A stretch of 34,342 nucleotides of DNA, taken from a virus (Duplodnaviria; Caudoviricetes). The translations under genes and the position numbers were made by a program. Positions 9,453 through 17,998 of this stretch are shown here, in pieces. The stretch is taken from positions 1 to 34,342 of IMG/VR virus record IMGVR_UViG_3300042480_000339; one strand, 5' to 3'. Within the stretch, counting starts at the first letter, position 1, and the number at the start of each line of letters is the position of its first letter. Under the pieces are notes generated by a model. That model was given only the letters and a program-made list of their open reading frames with translations, did not search any database and was not told the origin of the DNA.

Positions 9453-9838
9453 AACGAAGCGTCCTTTGGCCCTATGGCGATAATCTCGGCATCCTCGATG
9501 TGCTTGGGTTCCTCATGTGTCGGGGCAAGGACAATACGTATATCTGTCTTGCCTGAAACCTCGGTAGCCGCCTTGTCTGTCTGTGCGAGGTGTTGTTTGC
9601 CCAGCCAGATCAGCATCGTGTTATCACCTGACAGGGCTTTGTCGATCTGTGTCTGTGCCAGCTGGAACCTGACGTCGTTACGTTCGTTCTCGATCATGAG
9701 GGCATAGTCAGCCTTCAACTCACTGACAGGCACGTCACGGTTCAACAGAACCGAGCACCACCGTGACAGGGCAGTCCAGCCCATCATGGCGCGTGCACGA
9801 CGTTTCAGTTCGGCCTCTTGTGAAGGTGTTAGGTTCAT
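9449..9838 (-). CDS. Putative terminase small subunit
   Basis: Overlaps the terL start; KALSGDNTMLIWLGKQHL motif is typical of TerS-position proteins. Confidence 0.7.
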   Translation of the reverse strand: MNLTPSQEAELKRRARAMMGWTALSRWCSVLLNRDVPVSELKADYALMIENERNDVRFQLAQTQIDKALSGDNTMLIWLGKQHLAQTDKAATEVSGKTDIRIVLAPTHEEPKHIEDAEIIAIGPKDASL

Positions 9839-9842
9839 TCAG

Positions 9843-9881
9843 CTATTAAGTTATGCTTAATAGTTGGCCACTTATCCACAA
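9843..9881 (-). promoter_or_regulatory. Perfect DnaA box, AGCATAAC element and palindrome upstream of TerS
   Basis: TTATCCACA at 9872-9880; minus strand TTGTGGATAA-N14-AGCATAAC; CTATTAAG-N5-CTTAATAG inverted repeat at 9843-9863. Confidence 0.7.
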
Positions 9882-9883
9882 CA

Positions 9884-10183
9884 TCACAGGCCCCGCATAA
9901 GGCTAGCATAATTGATCTGCTGTATGTCAGTCACCACCGACCTCACGTCGCTGTACATAAGGTAGGCATCCTCGATGCTGGCGATGCCGTGCAACACCGT
10001 AGCATGGTGCTTTTGGCTGTGCTTGGCTATAGAGGTCAGCGTCCAGCCGTAGTGCTTGCTCAGGATATACCACGTGATAGAACGCGCACGTACCACGTCA
10101 GCACGTCGTGTGGCACTGTAGGCATCCTCGAGTGTGACACCGCACAATGTGCATACGTCAGATAGGATCAACTCGTATAACAT
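9884..10183 (-). CDS. Stand-alone DnaA C-terminal (domain IV) helix-turn-helix protein
   Basis: ILSDVCTLCGVTLEDAYSATRRADVVRARSITWYI...TLTSIAKHSQKHHATVLHG matches the DnaA domain IV basic loop and DHTTVLHA recognition helix. No AAA+ domain. Confidence 0.85.
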   Translation of the reverse strand: MLYELILSDVCTLCGVTLEDAYSATRRADVVRARSITWYILSKHYGWTLTSIAKHSQKHHATVLHGIASIEDAYLMYSDVRSVVTDIQQINYASLMRGL

Positions 10184-10191
10184 AAAACCCC

Positions 10192-10623
10192 CTAATTCTT
10201 TTTGACGAACTCGATGGCATCGTCAACAGATCTGACGATCCCATAGGGTACGCCATAACGCAGACAACAGTCCGAGAACCTGTCTTGCGTTTCCGACACC
10301 CTACCTTTGGCAGCCTTAACTTCTAACATCCATGCGCGGCCGTCACGATAGACAGCCAGGTCAGCATGGCCTGATGTGGCGTTAATGTTTACCACACGAT
10401 ACGAGGACAGCCGTGTGCCATGTTCCAGCTGTTGCGTTGAACTGTTGACACGGACAACCATATACCCTAACATGCACAGTTGGTCAGCTATGGCCTTTTG
10501 CACTACGCGCTCCGGTATAACACCCGAGGCTTTCTTGGCAGCCTTGGCACGCTTGGCAGCCTTCAGTTCATCCAGCAGCCTATGCTCGCTCGCATCCCAG
10601 TCCAGATCGTCTATCTCTCTCAT
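10192..10623 (-). CDS. VRR-NUC domain nuclease (candidate Holliday-junction resolvase)
   Basis: E..VQKAI...L...GY, GHADL, LEVK..KGRVSETQ..F and VRSVDDA motifs. Start re-called to ATG 10623 (ATGA overlap). Confidence 0.88.
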   Translation of the reverse strand: MREIDDLDWDASEHRLLDELKAAKRAKAAKKASGVIPERVVQKAIADQLCMLGYMVVRVNSSTQQLEHGTRLSSYRVVNINATSGHADLAVYRDGRAWMLEVKAAKGRVSETQDRFSDCCLRYGVPYGIVRSVDDAIEFVKKN

Positions 10624-11294
10624 TGCATCCCTTGGTTGTTGTAACAGTGCCACAGTCCGTCGGTACCTTCGAACCATGTGTATCCGTCGACGTTATGCTC
10701 ATACATCAGGGACAGCATGGTCTTGCCAGCCTTGACCCGTTGGCGCTCGATCATGGCCGATTCCAGCACCTCATGGCGTGAGATAAGTCTGGCCTCGGTA
10801 GCGTTGAATTGGGATAGGTCGGGGCCGTCATCGGGTAGGACGCCATCCCACGCGTCGCCTGGGGGGTGTCCAAATCGTTTATAGAACTCCCAATCCTTAG
10901 CAAGCACGTCGTACAAATACGTACCTCTGGTTGCCTCGACGACGGCATCTATCGTTTCCGGTTGCAAGGTGCCGCCTAACGTAGCAACCGATGCCAAATC
11001 GTCGCAACTGTAACGATACCATTGACTTACGAGAAAATCCAGCATCTCCTCGGTTGCTAGGTTGCAGGGTGAAACTATAGTTTTCACTCTATACTTTTCA
11101 TTTATTTCTCCTTCTACTTCTAATATATTCTTACAACCTAGCAACCTAGAGAAGTATATATATATAAATAAAGGGGTTAGGTCGGTTGCCACCTGTTCGT
11201 CCGAACTGACAACCTTCTGGCAATCCGGCAACCTAGGTGTGGCAACTGGACTCAGAAGCCCCATCTCTACCAATTCGTCACGTGTGAATAGCAT
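10620..11294 (-). CDS. Hypothetical protein; 5' half overlaps the putative origin
   Basis: 224-aa ORF coupled at both ends (TAATG and ATGA); no recognised family. Confidence 0.6.
   Translation of the reverse strand: MLFTRDELVEMGLLSPVATPRLPDCQKVVSSDEQVATDLTPLFIYIYFSRLLGCKNILEVEGEINEKYRVKTIVSPCNLATEEMLDFLVSQWYRYSCDDLASVATLGGTLQPETIDAVVEATRGTYLYDVLAKDWEFYKRFGHPPGDAWDGVLPDDGPDLSQFNATEARLISRHEVLESAMIERQRVKAGKTMLSLMYEHNVDGYTWFEGTDGLWHCYNNQGMQ
10929..11247. other. Putative replication origin (GCAACC/GGTTGC iterons around an AT-rich core)
   Basis: About 10 GGTTGC/GCAACC-type hexamers in both orientations; 14/15 inverted repeat 11052-11066 vs 11132-11146; TATATATATATAAATAAA tract near 11155-11172; directly downstream of the primase-helicase. 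Confidence 0.7.
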
Positions 11295-13435
11295 TAGAAC
11301 TCCCCTTCCTCATCTACGTTAAACGGCAAATGCGCTGAGGACTTCGTGCCTATAATCACGTTGTAGCCCCTTCTCGTGCCCGTTGTGGTCTTTTTAGCTA
11401 TTCGGGGTATGTTGGCCTTGGCTAAGGCTCTGCCAAGCCCGTAAATGAACTTATCGTTGATTTGCAGGGAGATCTTCTCTTCGTCGTAGACACGGTTCGC
11501 CAGCTGTGAGGCCACCTCGGATGTGGTCAGGAACGGCACGTGAGCCCCCGAGCCCTCCGGCTTGTGGGTTATGTACTTGGACACTAGGTCATCGTACTGT
11601 GTCAACACCTCAAAGTGCTTATTCCAGTCGTTGATCTTGCCTATCTCACGATCATCAAACCAGTAACGCTTGCCCTCACGATAATAGGCCACAGCCTGCG
11701 ACCATAACCCATCGATGTCAAACTGCCTTATTGAGGTAATGTCGATGTTGCCCCCTACCGGTATGACAGGGAACCGGCGCGATCCGGTCTCGTCGTTCAG
11801 GAACGTTCGCCTATTAACAGATCCGGCAAAGGAGCACCTCCTGGCGTACGTCGTCTCATACTTATCGTATGGCGACCGCAGGCGCATCGTGTCTGACGTG
11901 ATTATGGCCTTGATAGATTCGTGCTGTTTTTTGGTCATTGATTCCAGTTCGTCGTCTACGACCATGAAAGACCTGGCAATGATCAGTTTGACGTCCTTGT
12001 CATCCGAGATGCTGCCCTCATGGTAATAGTCTTGCCGAAGTTCCACAGGGCATAGGTGCCGTAGATAGGTCGTCTTGCCTATACCTTGCCCGCCCTGCAG
12101 AATTAGCATGATATGGTTCGGTTTGTGATCCAAAGCACCCGCCACGGCCCCGATAAGCCACTTCTCGATGATCATTTCGAATATGGCATGCTGTACTTCG
12201 GCTGAATTGTGCTTACCATCGTCGATGTCGGCATCATGTGGCAGTAACTGGACGTAATCACGGATGAAATTGCGATCGCCTGCTTTCCATTCGGGCAAAC
12301 CCTCGAAATACGACTTGATAGGGTCGTGCTTAGGTACGAAGTCACTATCGAGCACTTCGTTCATGCGCTCTTTGGTAATCTTGATTCCTATCTTCCGCAT
12401 CTTACGAAGCTGACTGTGCACCCAGTAGTCCGTCAGGGCTTCAAATTTTACGTCGTTGTCGCCCCTGAGCTCAATTTTGCCTGTGATGACGTTCTTGCGG
12501 AACTCGTAACCACTGGAGAGGTACGATTCAACCTTGTCGAGGATCTCGGTGGGGTCTTTGGTCTCAAGTTTGATGATGTCCTTGGGAACCTCATACCCAT
12601 GTAGCTTGGCGTAATAGTACAGCGTGGCAGTGGTCACCCGTGTTAGCTTATTCTTGAGAACATCGGCATACGTCAGGCCTCCAGACATCGGTGACCACTC
12701 CTCGAGGAGCTGTGCTGCCATCTTATCGTCACCCAGGGCGTGCGCCACAGCTGCCACTACTTTCTTCCACTGGATGTGATCCTGCTGCTTAGGTATCACA
12801 CGTAGCATTGCCCTAATCTGGTCGACGTTAGGCTTGGTACCTCCAAAGGCGTTAAAAGCGATCTCCAGATCCCGTGCCTCCTCATGGCCGTCTGTCATGT
12901 CCGCGATCTGATCCATGGTCAGGATGTTACCCCAGACGTGGATCTGTGCGTTCTTAGCACCAAACCAGATGCGTACTGCATCACGTGCGTTGGTATCGCC
13001 TCCGAAGCGTTCAGCCAGGGCGGTAGTAATGGCCTTGTAGTCTTTGGCATTCCGTATGGGCTCTTCGGTTATGAACATAACCCTATAACGTGGGTTCTCT
13101 GCCGTGTGCGAGGCTGTCGTGTATGCGAAGGAAGCGTACTTGCGGAAATAGGGATCTGCCTCGATGTCGTCGAAGCTATGCTTGCCATTGTCGACGTCGA
13201 CACCTACAATCTGTGCAGACTTGAAAGCGTCCCCGTTACGCTTGGCAAACCCTGTCTTCTGATCTACGTGCAAGTCAGCACAGCAGATAGGCCAGCCGTG
13301 ACCTACAAGGTGGTTGATGATGTCATCGCTGACCATCTCGACAGGTGACAGCTGGGCGCTTAGTGCCACCCAATCCTGACGTGTTGCAGCCTTATTGACA
13401 ACGGTTTTGTTAATCGACAGACGTATCACTTGCAC
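11294..13435 (-). CDS. Primase-helicase (prim-pol-like N-terminus, PriCT-like domain, VirE/VapE-type helicase)
   Basis: VDVD and YTTASH...PRYRV primase motifs; WKKVVAAV...EWS helical domain; Walker A GGQGIGKTT, Walker B VVDDE, FLNDETGSRRF. Confidence 0.9.
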   Translation of the reverse strand: MQVIRLSINKTVVNKAATRQDWVALSAQLSPVEMVSDDIINHLVGHGWPICCADLHVDQKTGFAKRNGDAFKSAQIVGVDVDNGKHSFDDIEADPYFRKYASFAYTTASHTAENPRYRVMFITEEPIRNAKDYKAITTALAERFGGDTNARDAVRIWFGAKNAQIHVWGNILTMDQIADMTDGHEEARDLEIAFNAFGGTKPNVDQIRAMLRVIPKQQDHIQWKKVVAAVAHALGDDKMAAQLLEEWSPMSGGLTYADVLKNKLTRVTTATLYYYAKLHGYEVPKDIIKLETKDPTEILDKVESYLSSGYEFRKNVITGKIELRGDNDVKFEALTDYWVHSQLRKMRKIGIKITKERMNEVLDSDFVPKHDPIKSYFEGLPEWKAGDRNFIRDYVQLLPHDADIDDGKHNSAEVQHAIFEMIIEKWLIGAVAGALDHKPNHIMLILQGGQGIGKTTYLRHLCPVELRQDYYHEGSISDDKDVKLIIARSFMVVDDELESMTKKQHESIKAIITSDTMRLRSPYDKYETTYARRCSFAGSVNRRTFLNDETGSRRFPVIPVGGNIDITSIRQFDIDGLWSQAVAYYREGKRYWFDDREIGKINDWNKHFEVLTQYDDLVSKYITHKPEGSGAHVPFLTTSEVASQLANRVYDEEKISLQINDKFIYGLGRALAKANIPRIAKKTTTGTRRGYNVIIGTKSSAHLPFNVDEEGEF

Positions 13436-13459
13436 GTGGTTGTTCTCCGTGTCTAGATG

Positions 13460-13663
13460 TTAAAGAATTATGAAAGCTAACAACTTGATAGCCACGTAAG
13501 CTATCCCCAGTGCTACGGCACCGATTCCAGCCACCGCAGCCACAAAGGCCAGCGTTGTAGTGTATACGACAGCCTGACGTGCCCAGGGGGGCAGAGGCGA
13601 AGGACGTGATATGATTAGCTCACGTTCAGCATCGAGGGCTTTGCGGAAGTCGTCGCGGTTCAT
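13460..13663 (-). CDS. Small membrane protein
   Basis: 67 aa with a hydrophobic C-terminal half; AAGGAG RBS; overlaps the upstream stop. Confidence 0.7.
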   Translation of the reverse strand: MNRDDFRKALDAERELIISRPSPLPPWARQAVVYTTTLAFVAAVAGIGAVALGIAYVAIKLLAFIIL

Positions 13664-13893
13664 GGTATGTCTCCTTTTGATTTATCGCGTGTTGCAATCA
13701 ATTTGTCTGCTGCATTGTAACAATACTCACCTACTAAACTCCATTCTTTTTCAGATCCTATTTTTCCTACAAGGCCAGCTAGTGCCTGCCCCGCAAACCA
13801 ATCTCGCAACGTCATGCCAACGTAGGCATGGTAAGCATGAACAGAAGGGAAAGCAGGCCCGCCTGTCTTGTCAATTAATTCTTGTTCGTTCAT
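13660..13893 (-). CDS. Conserved phage hypothetical protein (GGPAFP...GMTLRDWFA family)
   Basis: Widespread phage early-region motif GGPAFP...GMTLRDWFAGQALAG...Y..AD. Confidence 0.8.
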   Translation of the reverse strand: MNEQELIDKTGGPAFPSVHAYHAYVGMTLRDWFAGQALAGLVGKIGSEKEWSLVGEYCYNAADKLIATRDKSKGDIP

Positions 13894-14099
13894 TGCTCAC
13901 TGCGTGTTGTTGGCATAAAATAGAAACACCCATCGTCGTATGTGAACGGTGGGGTGGTGATTATGACTCGCGGGTCAAAATCTGTTTTGCCGTCGTCTTT
14001 GGCTCTGACCATGCTATCGTAGACAACCCAGCGGGCGCACTTGTCTTTCTGAGCACAGGGGCCGCCAATGCAGACGGCGATGTCGAGGGGTAGGTTCAT
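13890..14099 (-). CDS. Small Cys-rich phage protein
   Basis: DIAVC.G..C..KD.C.RW...C.YF; coupled to the downstream gene. Confidence 0.7.
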   Translation of the reverse strand: MNLPLDIAVCIGGPCAQKDKCARWVVYDSMVRAKDDGKTDFDPRVIITTPPFTYDDGCFYFMPTTRSEQ

Positions 14100-14102
14100 A
14101 GA

Positions 14103-14864
14103 TTATACCGTCCAATTTTTGTGTGGAAAATCATGAAACATGTTCCTAATTGCGTAAACATCTAAATCATCATCGTAACTCAAAATCTTCTCTTGTACCA
14201 TTGCGCCCAAAATCGCACGCATCGCATCCTGGCTTACTCTATAACCTGGGGGACGTTGCGGCATGTTATGACAATACCATTCTAGTGATTCTGAAATTTT
14301 CGATACAATACACTTACCAAAGTGTTTAGTGATATCATCATAACTGGCTTTGTTCTTTTTCTTTTTTATGTATTCACAGATAGTTTGTTTGGACAAAAGC
14401 ATTCCAGGCAATTTCACACCGTATGAAATACCCCATTCATATAATGGCACAGGTTCATGTTGGTATGAATTTTCAAATGCTTTGAATAACTGATCTATCA
14501 TTTCACGTTCGGCAAGCCCACGCTGGCCCTCATCCAATGTATCTTCAAATCTAATACCTCTGCTGATAAACCACTCATGGCCCTTGTGCTTATCTAAAAT
14601 TGATATTGCACCGAATAGCTTTTTAAAGAACAATTCAAACAGTGCTGTCTCTTTATATCCATTTAACCATTGACAAGCTATCTCGTCTTCATGGTATCCA
14701 ATTTCAAGATAATTCTCAACTCTCTTAATTAAATTTTTTGATCTACCAACTTTCACAATCAATTGGTTCCAATCTTCTCGTTCTATCTTTGATGGGTCTA
14801 ATTTGTATGGTCTGGCAATCATGTATATGCCTTCCATGCCATCATTTAAGTCATCATATTTCAT
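14103..14864 (-). CDS. T5orf172/GIY-YIG-like nuclease domain protein
   Basis: GIYMI...VKVGRSKNLIKRV..Y...E.FF......HEWF; visibly AT-rich relative to the genome. Confidence 0.65.
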   Translation of the reverse strand: MKYDDLNDGMEGIYMIARPYKLDPSKIEREDWNQLIVKVGRSKNLIKRVENYLEIGYHEDEIACQWLNGYKETALFELFFKKLFGAISILDKHKGHEWFISRGIRFEDTLDEGQRGLAEREMIDQLFKAFENSYQHEPVPLYEWGISYGVKLPGMLLSKQTICEYIKKKKNKASYDDITKHFGKCIVSKISESLEWYCHNMPQRPPGYRVSQDAMRAILGAMVQEKILSYDDDLDVYAIRNMFHDFPHKNWTV

Positions 14865-14877
14865 AGTGTTCCCGTGT

Positions 14878-14912
14878 AAAAATTAAGGGCCGGCCTTCCA
14901 CAACCGGCCCTT
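14878..14912 (-). terminator. Probable intrinsic terminator/attenuator
   Basis: 9-bp stem AAGGGCCGG/CCGGCCCTT (14885-14912) followed on the minus strand by AATTTTT. Confidence 0.6.
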
Positions 14913-14986
14913 GTTCCAAACTCCACCACAGGCGTTGCTGTGTTGGTATTTACTACCGACACGCAGGGGCATACCCTGCTTATTGG

Positions 14987-15490
14987 TTAGTAAAAAAACT
15001 TCTCTACTGGCCGCCCGTATACGTTAACGTATGCGAACTGATCGACAACGGGTCGGTACCTGTTCAGCACGTAGTCAATCATAGGGCGAACCTTGCCAAT
15101 GGTCTTGCTAATGTGGATCTCGTGTGCCAGCCTTTTGGCAGCCTCGGTTTCGGCGTACTCAGCACGTTTCTTGTCAAGGTATTTCTTGATGACGGTGATT
15201 TGGCGCTGTTCGTAGTTTGGATTCTTAGGTGGCACAACGGCCCCGTTGGATTCTATAAACGTTGCCAGTTCTTCCTGCAGCTTGTTGAATGCACTTACGA
15301 AGGCGATAAAGTTACCACAGGCAAGAGTTCGCGTACATCTTACGCTATTGCGTATTATCTGCACCTTCAACTGTACACAATTTCCTTGCTTATAAGCTGA
15401 AATGTACTGTACGATCGGAACGTAAGCCATCTTGTTCGGGTCGGTATGCTCAGACAGTTGTTTCCAGATGTCAGAAAGGGAGCGTTGCAT
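14987..15490 (-). CDS. Hypothetical protein
   Basis: 167-aa ORF overlapping the upstream gene end; no recognised motif. Confidence 0.6.
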   Translation of the reverse strand: MQRSLSDIWKQLSEHTDPNKMAYVPIVQYISAYKQGNCVQLKVQIIRNSVRCTRTLACGNFIAFVSAFNKLQEELATFIESNGAVVPPKNPNYEQRQITVIKKYLDKKRAEYAETEAAKRLAHEIHISKTIGKVRPMIDYVLNRYRPVVDQFAYVNVYGRPVEKFFY

Positions 15491-16124
15491 CGTCGTATCC
15501 TAGGGATGGTGGTAACGTTTCGTTGACGGCAACAACACGTTCGTTGCGTTGTAGCTTGGGGCTTACCTTAGCTTGGAACTCAGACAGTAGGAAGTCCATT
15601 TGCTTCGTGTCGTCCCAAATCTCCTGGCCTCGTACCTTGACTTTTTCCAAGTCCGGTAGAATGATCTTGCCATCGACGGGGTTGATGGAACTACAATAGA
15701 GGCGCTCGATCTTCTTGCCACGCTGTGAGACAGTGCAGCCGGTGATGACTCTGCTGGCATCGTCCTTTGGGCTGAAGCTATAGGGCTTGACTGTTGTGTC
15801 CAGCGTTGCATCCCACTCGGGATTGCAGAGCGCCTGTATGAGTGTTCTGGCATAATTACTAGAGTATTTTAGTGTCAAAACATAGGTATAAGGCGCATCG
15901 ACGAAGGTGATCCGCCACTGCTTACCGAAGTCGGTATCGGCAACCTCGATGGCCCGCACGAGACCTGTGAACTCATCGTGCACTAATTCGTGCACAGTGT
16001 TCCCGTCTTTGGTTACACGGGATACAGACTCTGTTGTGGCCTCACGAAGGCGAATGCGGCACTTGCCGTCACTGAGGGTGAAGTAAGTGGCATTTGTTGC
16101 CACGGATGATGATTGAAAACCCAT
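15471..16124 (-). CDS. Putative ssDNA-binding/recombination accessory protein
   Basis: Beta-rich core with an acidic C-terminal DDATLPF tail like SSBs; follows the exonuclease. Start re-called to ATG 16124. Confidence 0.6.
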   Translation of the reverse strand: MGFQSSSVATNATYFTLSDGKCRIRLREATTESVSRVTKDGNTVHELVHDEFTGLVRAIEVADTDFGKQWRITFVDAPYTYVLTLKYSSNYARTLIQALCNPEWDATLDTTVKPYSFSPKDDASRVITGCTVSQRGKKIERLYCSSINPVDGKIILPDLEKVKVRGQEIWDDTKQMDFLLSEFQAKVSPKLQRNERVVAVNETLPPSLGYDDATLPF

Positions 16125-16219
16125 GGTAGGTGTTCCTGAAAAGGTGAAAAATGTGGGTTGTGTGGTTGGTGTAACAATACGCACCGGTGCCCGTCAACCA
16201 CAACAGACACCGGCACGGT

Positions 16220-17077
16220 TTACGAATGGCCCACGGAGAGAAGCCAGTCGTCGTCAGTCAGTGTTTCGTCATTCTTTGCCAGCCGTTCGTAAGCAGCCCT
16301 TGCTATGTCTTCAGGGCGCACAATCTCGATAGTTGCTTGTCCAGGTAAAGTTCCCGTGTAGATTTTCTTTTCTCTTGGTGTGCGTAGTGTGCCGTTCATG
16401 GATTTAAACAGCAGGCACCGTGCAGCAATCTCGTTTAGACTTACCTCGCCTGTCTGACGTTTCCAAGTCCACGTTGGATCGGTTCGCCAGTCTTTCGGTA
16501 GCCAGTTGTATATCTCGGTCACGACAGGCCAGCCGTGTGCTTCGGCGTGTTCGTTCCATGCAAGCCTGTACATCTCCAGTTGCACGGCATAGTCGTCGTA
16601 TACAGACGATCCGCTCTTGAAATCAACTATGGCGATTTTGCCATTATTGAGCTTGCATACGAGGTCACAGGTGCCAGCAAACTCATGCCGGTCGCTGTAT
16701 AGTAGCATCTCAACAGCGTACACTTCCGCCACATCCTTGCGAAAGAACTCATCGAATGACATGAGGGCCTTACTGTGGAACTCGGACAATCCTGTCATCT
16801 CGATCGTCTGACCTGCCATATAACGCTCAAACAAGATGTGCATCTGTGTTCCACGTTCGGCGGCTTCGTCTCGTAACTGGTTGGCGCCTTCGACGCCATG
16901 CTTGGCATACCATGCAATCAGCCCTTGCGGTGTTGGTGAGGTCGCCTTGATGATGCGTGTGACGGAAGGATACCACTTAACATCGACGTCATTCACCCGT
17001 GCGTAGAACCGGTCGCCTCCGTCGTCATAACGGAACAAAGGTGCCGGCCGTTCGTGGTTGTGTAGGTTCCAGATCAT
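16220..17077 (-). CDS. PD-(D/E)XK exonuclease (phage Cas4-like/RecB family)
   Basis: YPSVT, AAERGTQMH, VEM, FAGTCDL, IVDFKS and QLEMY motifs. Confidence 0.9.
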   Translation of the reverse strand: MIWNLHNHERPAPLFRYDDGGDRFYARVNDVDVKWYPSVTRIIKATSPTPQGLIAWYAKHGVEGANQLRDEAAERGTQMHILFERYMAGQTIEMTGLSEFHSKALMSFDEFFRKDVAEVYAVEMLLYSDRHEFAGTCDLVCKLNNGKIAIVDFKSGSSVYDDYAVQLEMYRLAWNEHAEAHGWPVVTEIYNWLPKDWRTDPTWTWKRQTGEVSLNEIAARCLLFKSMNGTLRTPREKKIYTGTLPGQATIEIVRPEDIARAAYERLAKNDETLTDDDWLLSVGHS

Positions 17078-17265
17078 TAGTTGTTCTCCGTGTAATAATT
17101 GATGTACTCAATTACGAGTTGTCGCAGCAGTGCCGACTTGGTTACGCCTTCGGCCTCTGCAATGCTCTTCAGGTGGTTGTTATGCTCTTCAGGTATGCGG
17201 AATATAACGTTTGGGTTGTAACATGGTTTCCGGCCCCGTGGGCGTCCGCGTTTACTTTGTGACAC
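17077..17265 (-). CDS. Ribbon-helix-helix DNA-binding protein with an AT-hook-like N-terminus
   Basis: KRGRPRGRKP...VIFRIPEEHNNHLKSIAEAEGVTKSALLRQLV. Start re-called to GTG 17265. Confidence 0.75.
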   Translation of the reverse strand: MSQSKRGRPRGRKPCYNPNVIFRIPEEHNNHLKSIAEAEGVTKSALLRQLVIEYINYYTENN

Positions 17266-17446
17266 GGTACCCCTCGATATATTCATCGTCGATAGCAGAG
17301 GCCACTTCCCATATTTCGTTCATCTCCCTACGGCATTCCTGCAGCGTCTTGGCCTTGTCGATGCTGTCAACAATTACCCCGAGGTCGTCTACCCACTTGC
17401 GGAGCACTGAGATAGGGATCTCACGTGTGATGGTTTTGTCAGTCAT
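17252..17446 (-). CDS. Hypothetical protein
   Basis: MTDKTITREIP..., overlapping both neighbours; start re-called to ATG 17446. Confidence 0.6.
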   Translation of the reverse strand: MTDKTITREIPISVLRKWVDDLGVIVDSIDKAKTLQECRREMNEIWEVASAIDDEYIEGYRVTK

Positions 17447-17786
17447 TGAAGATCTCATTAAGATTAGCACAGGCACGTTCGGCGTCCGGCTTATTGCTAA
17501 AGAAGGAAGTTGTTTTCAGGACATCGCCATTGCCATATACCCTATGTATAGTCCACTGGGGGCGAGGTGGCACGTATGCGGCTTCGTCTGTAAACTCAAC
17601 GACCTGGTATTCAAACTGCGATGCCTTGATGCTATTGACAAAATGCAGGCAGTTCTCAAGCTCACAGTGTAGCTTGTACGTAACGTTTTCATCAGGGCCG
17701 TGGTTGACGTAATAGTCTTCCCAGTATGCCTGTGCAGCTATTGCCAGCAGTTTATAGGCATTCAACAGTTTATCTTGCTTATTCAC
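17439..17786 (-). CDS. Hypothetical protein
   Basis: Start re-called to GTG 17786 (GTGA overlap): MNKQDKLLNAY... Confidence 0.6.
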   Translation of the reverse strand: MNKQDKLLNAYKLLAIAAQAYWEDYYVNHGPDENVTYKLHCELENCLHFVNSIKASQFEYQVVEFTDEAAYVPPRPQWTIHRVYGNGDVLKTTSFFSNKPDAERACANLNEIFND

Positions 17787-17998
17787 CGCTGCCCCCACAG
17801 TGTTACGGTCTGGTTTGGTTTGATCATTGGATCTGGCGAAATAGTACCAGCCAGGGCGAACATGCCGATTGTTAGAACTGTCAGGAACACGCCAACAGTC
17901 AGCAGGCGTTGACGATGTGATCCCTCGATGCGAGGTGTGACGCGGAACCATAGGTTCCCATCGTAGCGTCCGGTTTTGAACTCAATGCTGAGTCGCAT
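17783..17998 (-). CDS. Small protein with one transmembrane segment
   Basis: ACACGGAG RBS; hydrophobic stretch LLTVGVFLTVLTIGMFALAG. Confidence 0.65.
   Translation of the reverse strand: MRLSIEFKTGRYDGNLWFRVTPRIEGSHRQRLLTVGVFLTVLTIGMFALAGTISPDPMIKPNQTVTLWGQR

Noticed and set aside
9884-10183. Calling this ORF dnaA (replication initiator) or a pseudogene
   Set aside because: It lacks domains I-III, but has its own start, an intact frame and no upstream AAA+ remnant.
16220-17077. Cas4-like nuclease as part of a CRISPR system
   Set aside because: No repeat-spacer array or other cas genes; the SSB-like neighbour suggests recombination.
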